From NCBI GenBank assembly GCA_023515725.1, contig JALDTO010000243.1, forward strand, positions 1-11,238: 11,238 bases of DNA, written 5' to 3'. The notes below the pieces were generated by a model. The model had not been told where the DNA came from, did not search any database, and worked only from the letters and a program-made list of their open reading frames with translations. Positions 8,541 through 11,238 of the stretch are shown piece by piece. Position 1 is the first letter of the stretch, and the number at the start of each line of letters is the position of its first letter. The position numbers and the translations under genes are program-made. Source of the DNA: Amoeboaphelidium protococcarum X5 (Eukaryota > Fungi > Aphelidiomycota).

Positions 8541-10775
8541 TCATTCTTGAGCAAATTTATTATAAGTTGCAAGCCACTAGCATTAAGACACATCTTCCAT
8601 GCTTAATCGCTTGTATACATTGACAGTGAGCATTCCATCCAGCAAATCAACCACGTCTTTACTATAGGTTCTACCATTCTCCAGAAAGCCACGTGTATTC
8701 AACGAAGGATTATTATTGAATGATGAACTCAATGATGATGAACCAAATGATTGTGAGCCGCACGACTACTGATTAGGACTAGTTAATGAGTATTCCGAGG
8801 TGGAAGAGCGGAGTCGCTTATAACATCCAGATAAGATTTTCAACTGGCACCGCGGACCATAGACATCACAGAATGGTAGTTAATTACAGAGCATGACATA
8901 TAAAGTTACTCCAAGAGACCAGACGTCACTAGTAGGAGATGGATAAGTGTATAGAGACTGTAGATTGCTTCTACCTTCTTGTGGATGCAGAAATGAATGA
9001 TCCAGCTCTTCAGGTGACGCGTATTCAAGAGAACCTACACCGCCAGCTTCCAGAATCTAATCAATGTCTTTACACTCGCAACCGTATCTATTCTTCGGTG
9101 TCCCCACCTGAGTAGAATTACCATTGCTATCCAGCGGATCAATCAGCTGAAATCTTTCACTAAGAGAAAAGTCACCCAACCTGGCCACCAACTTACCACT
9201 AGCATCAAAGTCGAGGAACACATTCTCCGGTTTGATATCGCGGTGAACAATCTACTTGCTATGAAGATACGATACAGCAGATACAATATCCCGGAATATG
9301 TACTTGGCAATGTCTTCAGTCAAACCATTAGGATGCTCATTAATATAAGTCAACAGCTAACCTTGTTTGCAAATTTCCATCACTAGAAGTAGATTCTATT
9401 CATCAAACTCGATAATATCCAGCAGAGGTACAATGTTTGGATGAGACAATGATTTCCACAGAGATAACTCACGATAGAACAAATCATCTTCTTCCATCTC
9501 TGTAACAACTTCAGACATTTACACTTTCTGCTCATCACTGTCTGTATTATTCGCAACTGGCGACGTATTAGGAGATGCTGAAAACACGCCTGTGGTGGAG
9601 GTGATTTAATTCTCCTTTCCAGCCGCCGATCGAGATTGGGATGGTGAGCTCTGATCACTGGAAGGACTTTGTTAGGCTGTAGATTGAGAACATGGCTTTT
9701 TGTTAAGGTCACTCATTCGTTTCCTTTATACAATCTTTACGGCCACATTCTAGCTACGCCAAACACCATCATACACTTGACTGAAGTTACCAGAGCCGAT
9801 CTTCTTACTGATAGACAAGTCACCGATAGAAACATTTTCCCATTAAATACTTCTTGAATCAGTGCCGCTATTGTTCATACTGCCACTGTTATTCAAATAA
9901 TCGCGACTGAGAGTGGACGGGGCAGAGGTAACACCAGCCAAATGACCCAGAAATGATATAGCTGGCGATGGTGGGAGTGAGGAGTAGGCAGTTTCGTCAA
10001 TACAGGGAAAATGAGTAGATGGGCTTTATTGCAGATTAGACGTGGGAGCAGAACACGAGCCTTAACTGATGGAGCCAAGCCAATTTCTCGATCCATTGGA
10101 TGATATCCGCCTGACAGGAACTCTGAATGCTTATTAAGCTGCTGGCATCGAACATCGTCGCAATTATTCATCTAGAGGCTGGTTAGGTGACTGGTATATT
10201 TAAGAGTTAGGCAATGACAATGGCTGGATCAGCTTCGGTCGTCCGTGTCGATCAGAGGGATCAAGCGTGAAAGGACTCTACTCAGAGATGGATTACAGCT
10301 TTAATTACTATTACTACTGCGAGCCATCATCATCATCATTATTCTCCGATTATGATATATCGCTAGTGATACCAAGACCATAATTAGAGGAATTGTCGGA
10401 TGAACGTGTCTTTGAATTTTCATGCCATTAAGAGTCATGGTCCAAGTGCCGGCTACCACCATCATCAGCACTGTGTCGTTAATTACTGAGGTGTTGATTA
10501 AATCTTTATCTGATAGCCATAGCTATTCCCCCTTAACTTCCTCTGATACCTTCCGGTGTTACAGATCGACTACCAGTGGTCATCATATTATATCCAGAGC
10601 TATGCAAAGGGGGTCGATTGATAGCAAAGAGAGTATCATTCAGATATTAAATACTGCTATCCATGCTTCCAGACCCCTTATCGCCATAGAATGGCTTGAT
10701 CCGCTAAGAGGAGGATGAATTCACAATCGAAATGGGCCTAGTATCTGTCATTTATATAGGAGATTACGAAGGCAT
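8541..10775 (-). CDS. Ser/Thr protein kinase (CAMK-related, NNK1-like), 744 aa in code 6, with a long disordered N-terminus
   Basis: TGA-free frame from ATG 10775 (upstream in-frame TGA at 10797-10799) to TGA 8541-8543. Motifs: IGSGNFSQVY (~9770-9800), VAVK (9735-9746), RELSLWKSLSHPNIVPL, HRDIKPEN (HRD 9237-9245), LGDFSLSE (DFS 9165-9173), GSLEYASPE, DVWSLGVTLY, LPF..GPRCQLKILSG, DLLDGMLTVNVYKRLSM. Absent from the ORF track because of in-frame TAA/TAG. The subfamily call is tentative. Confidence 0.92.
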
Positions 10776-11063
10776 GATGATGTATAAATATCTTCTTCAA
10801 TATACTGTTCAGACTATCTAATTATAATTATTATTTACAAAATACAATACGATAACAATTCCTTCTTTGGATACAGATACTATAATATACCAACGAAATA
10901 CTCTGAATCAATCTAATACTACCACTAATTTTGATAAGATACCAGTAACAATTAAGCGCTTAAAGAGATAACAGGAGCTAACTGAGTGCAATGTGTTTTG
11001 ATCAGATGAAGATTGATTTCACACGCAGATTGATACTATTACTAAACGCCTGCTGTTTACTAA

Positions 11064-11079
11064 GTGAGTGAGTGAGTGA
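11064..11079. repeat. Short microsatellite (GTGA)4
   Basis: gtgagtgagtgagtga read directly from the sequence. Confidence 0.7.
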
Positions 11080-11084
11080 ATGAT

Positions 11085-11170
11085 CGACGGCGGAAAGAGA
11101 AGGGCGGTCGGTGGTGGTGGCTGAGGGAGGAGTGACCGCGCGAAAGGAATTTCACATCGCGGCGCGTGAT
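11085..11170. promoter_or_regulatory. GC-rich patch upstream of the kinase, probable promoter region
   Basis: Local GC/CpG-rich stretch in otherwise AT-rich intergenic DNA, about 310-400 nt upstream of the kinase ATG. Contains GCGCGAAA at 11138-11145. Confidence 0.3.
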
Positions 11171-11238
11171 TCGACAACGGCTTGTTTATCGTGTACACAA
11201 GTGTCATCTGACCTGCGATTGGACCATTTATATTTAGG

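Noticed and set aside
958-10775. Reading the window as a field of nonsense-riddled pseudogenes
   Set aside because: In the recognisable genes the interruptions are only TAA/TAG, never TGA. They swap with CAG between paralogues, and motifs and frames are preserved.
7026-11207. Track ORFs 7026-7331, 7660-7890, 9383-9712, 9669-9857, 9893-10171, 10422-10718 and 11019-11207
   Set aside because: All but the last overlap the hydrolase or kinase in other frames or on the other strand. The last spans a microsatellite and the GC patch and has no protein-like features.
1-11238. Prokaryotic or phage systems (CRISPR, operons, recoded phage) or a mitochondrial code
   Set aside because: Spliceosomal introns, SAR1 and a eukaryotic kinase show this is nuclear eukaryotic DNA. 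No repeat-spacer array was seen, and TGA acts as stop rather than Trp.

Overview
Gene-dense eukaryotic nuclear DNA of fungal/opisthokont character that does not use the standard genetic code. TAA and TAG encode glutamine and TGA is the only stop (equivalent to NCBI table 6). The supplied ORF track is therefore fragmented. Re-read by hand in code 6, the window holds: the 3' end of SAR1 (1-208, one intron); a tandem pair of GT15 (KRE2/KTR-type) mannosyltransferases (958-2106 intact; 2946-4081 with a 1-nt frameshift), each followed by a copy of the same decayed orphan ORF (2246-2770, 4399-4885); an 858-aa membrane-anchored alpha/beta hydrolase (5226-7802); a small SMCO4-like membrane protein (minus, 7989-8358, one intron); and a 744-aa NNK1-like Ser/Thr kinase with DFS in place of DFG (minus, 8541-10775). 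All six recognisable genes end in TGA. TAR=Gln together with fungal-type genes fits the aphelid Amoeboaphelidium protococcarum, where this code is already known, but the organism is my inference. All translations and counts were done by hand and no database search was run.
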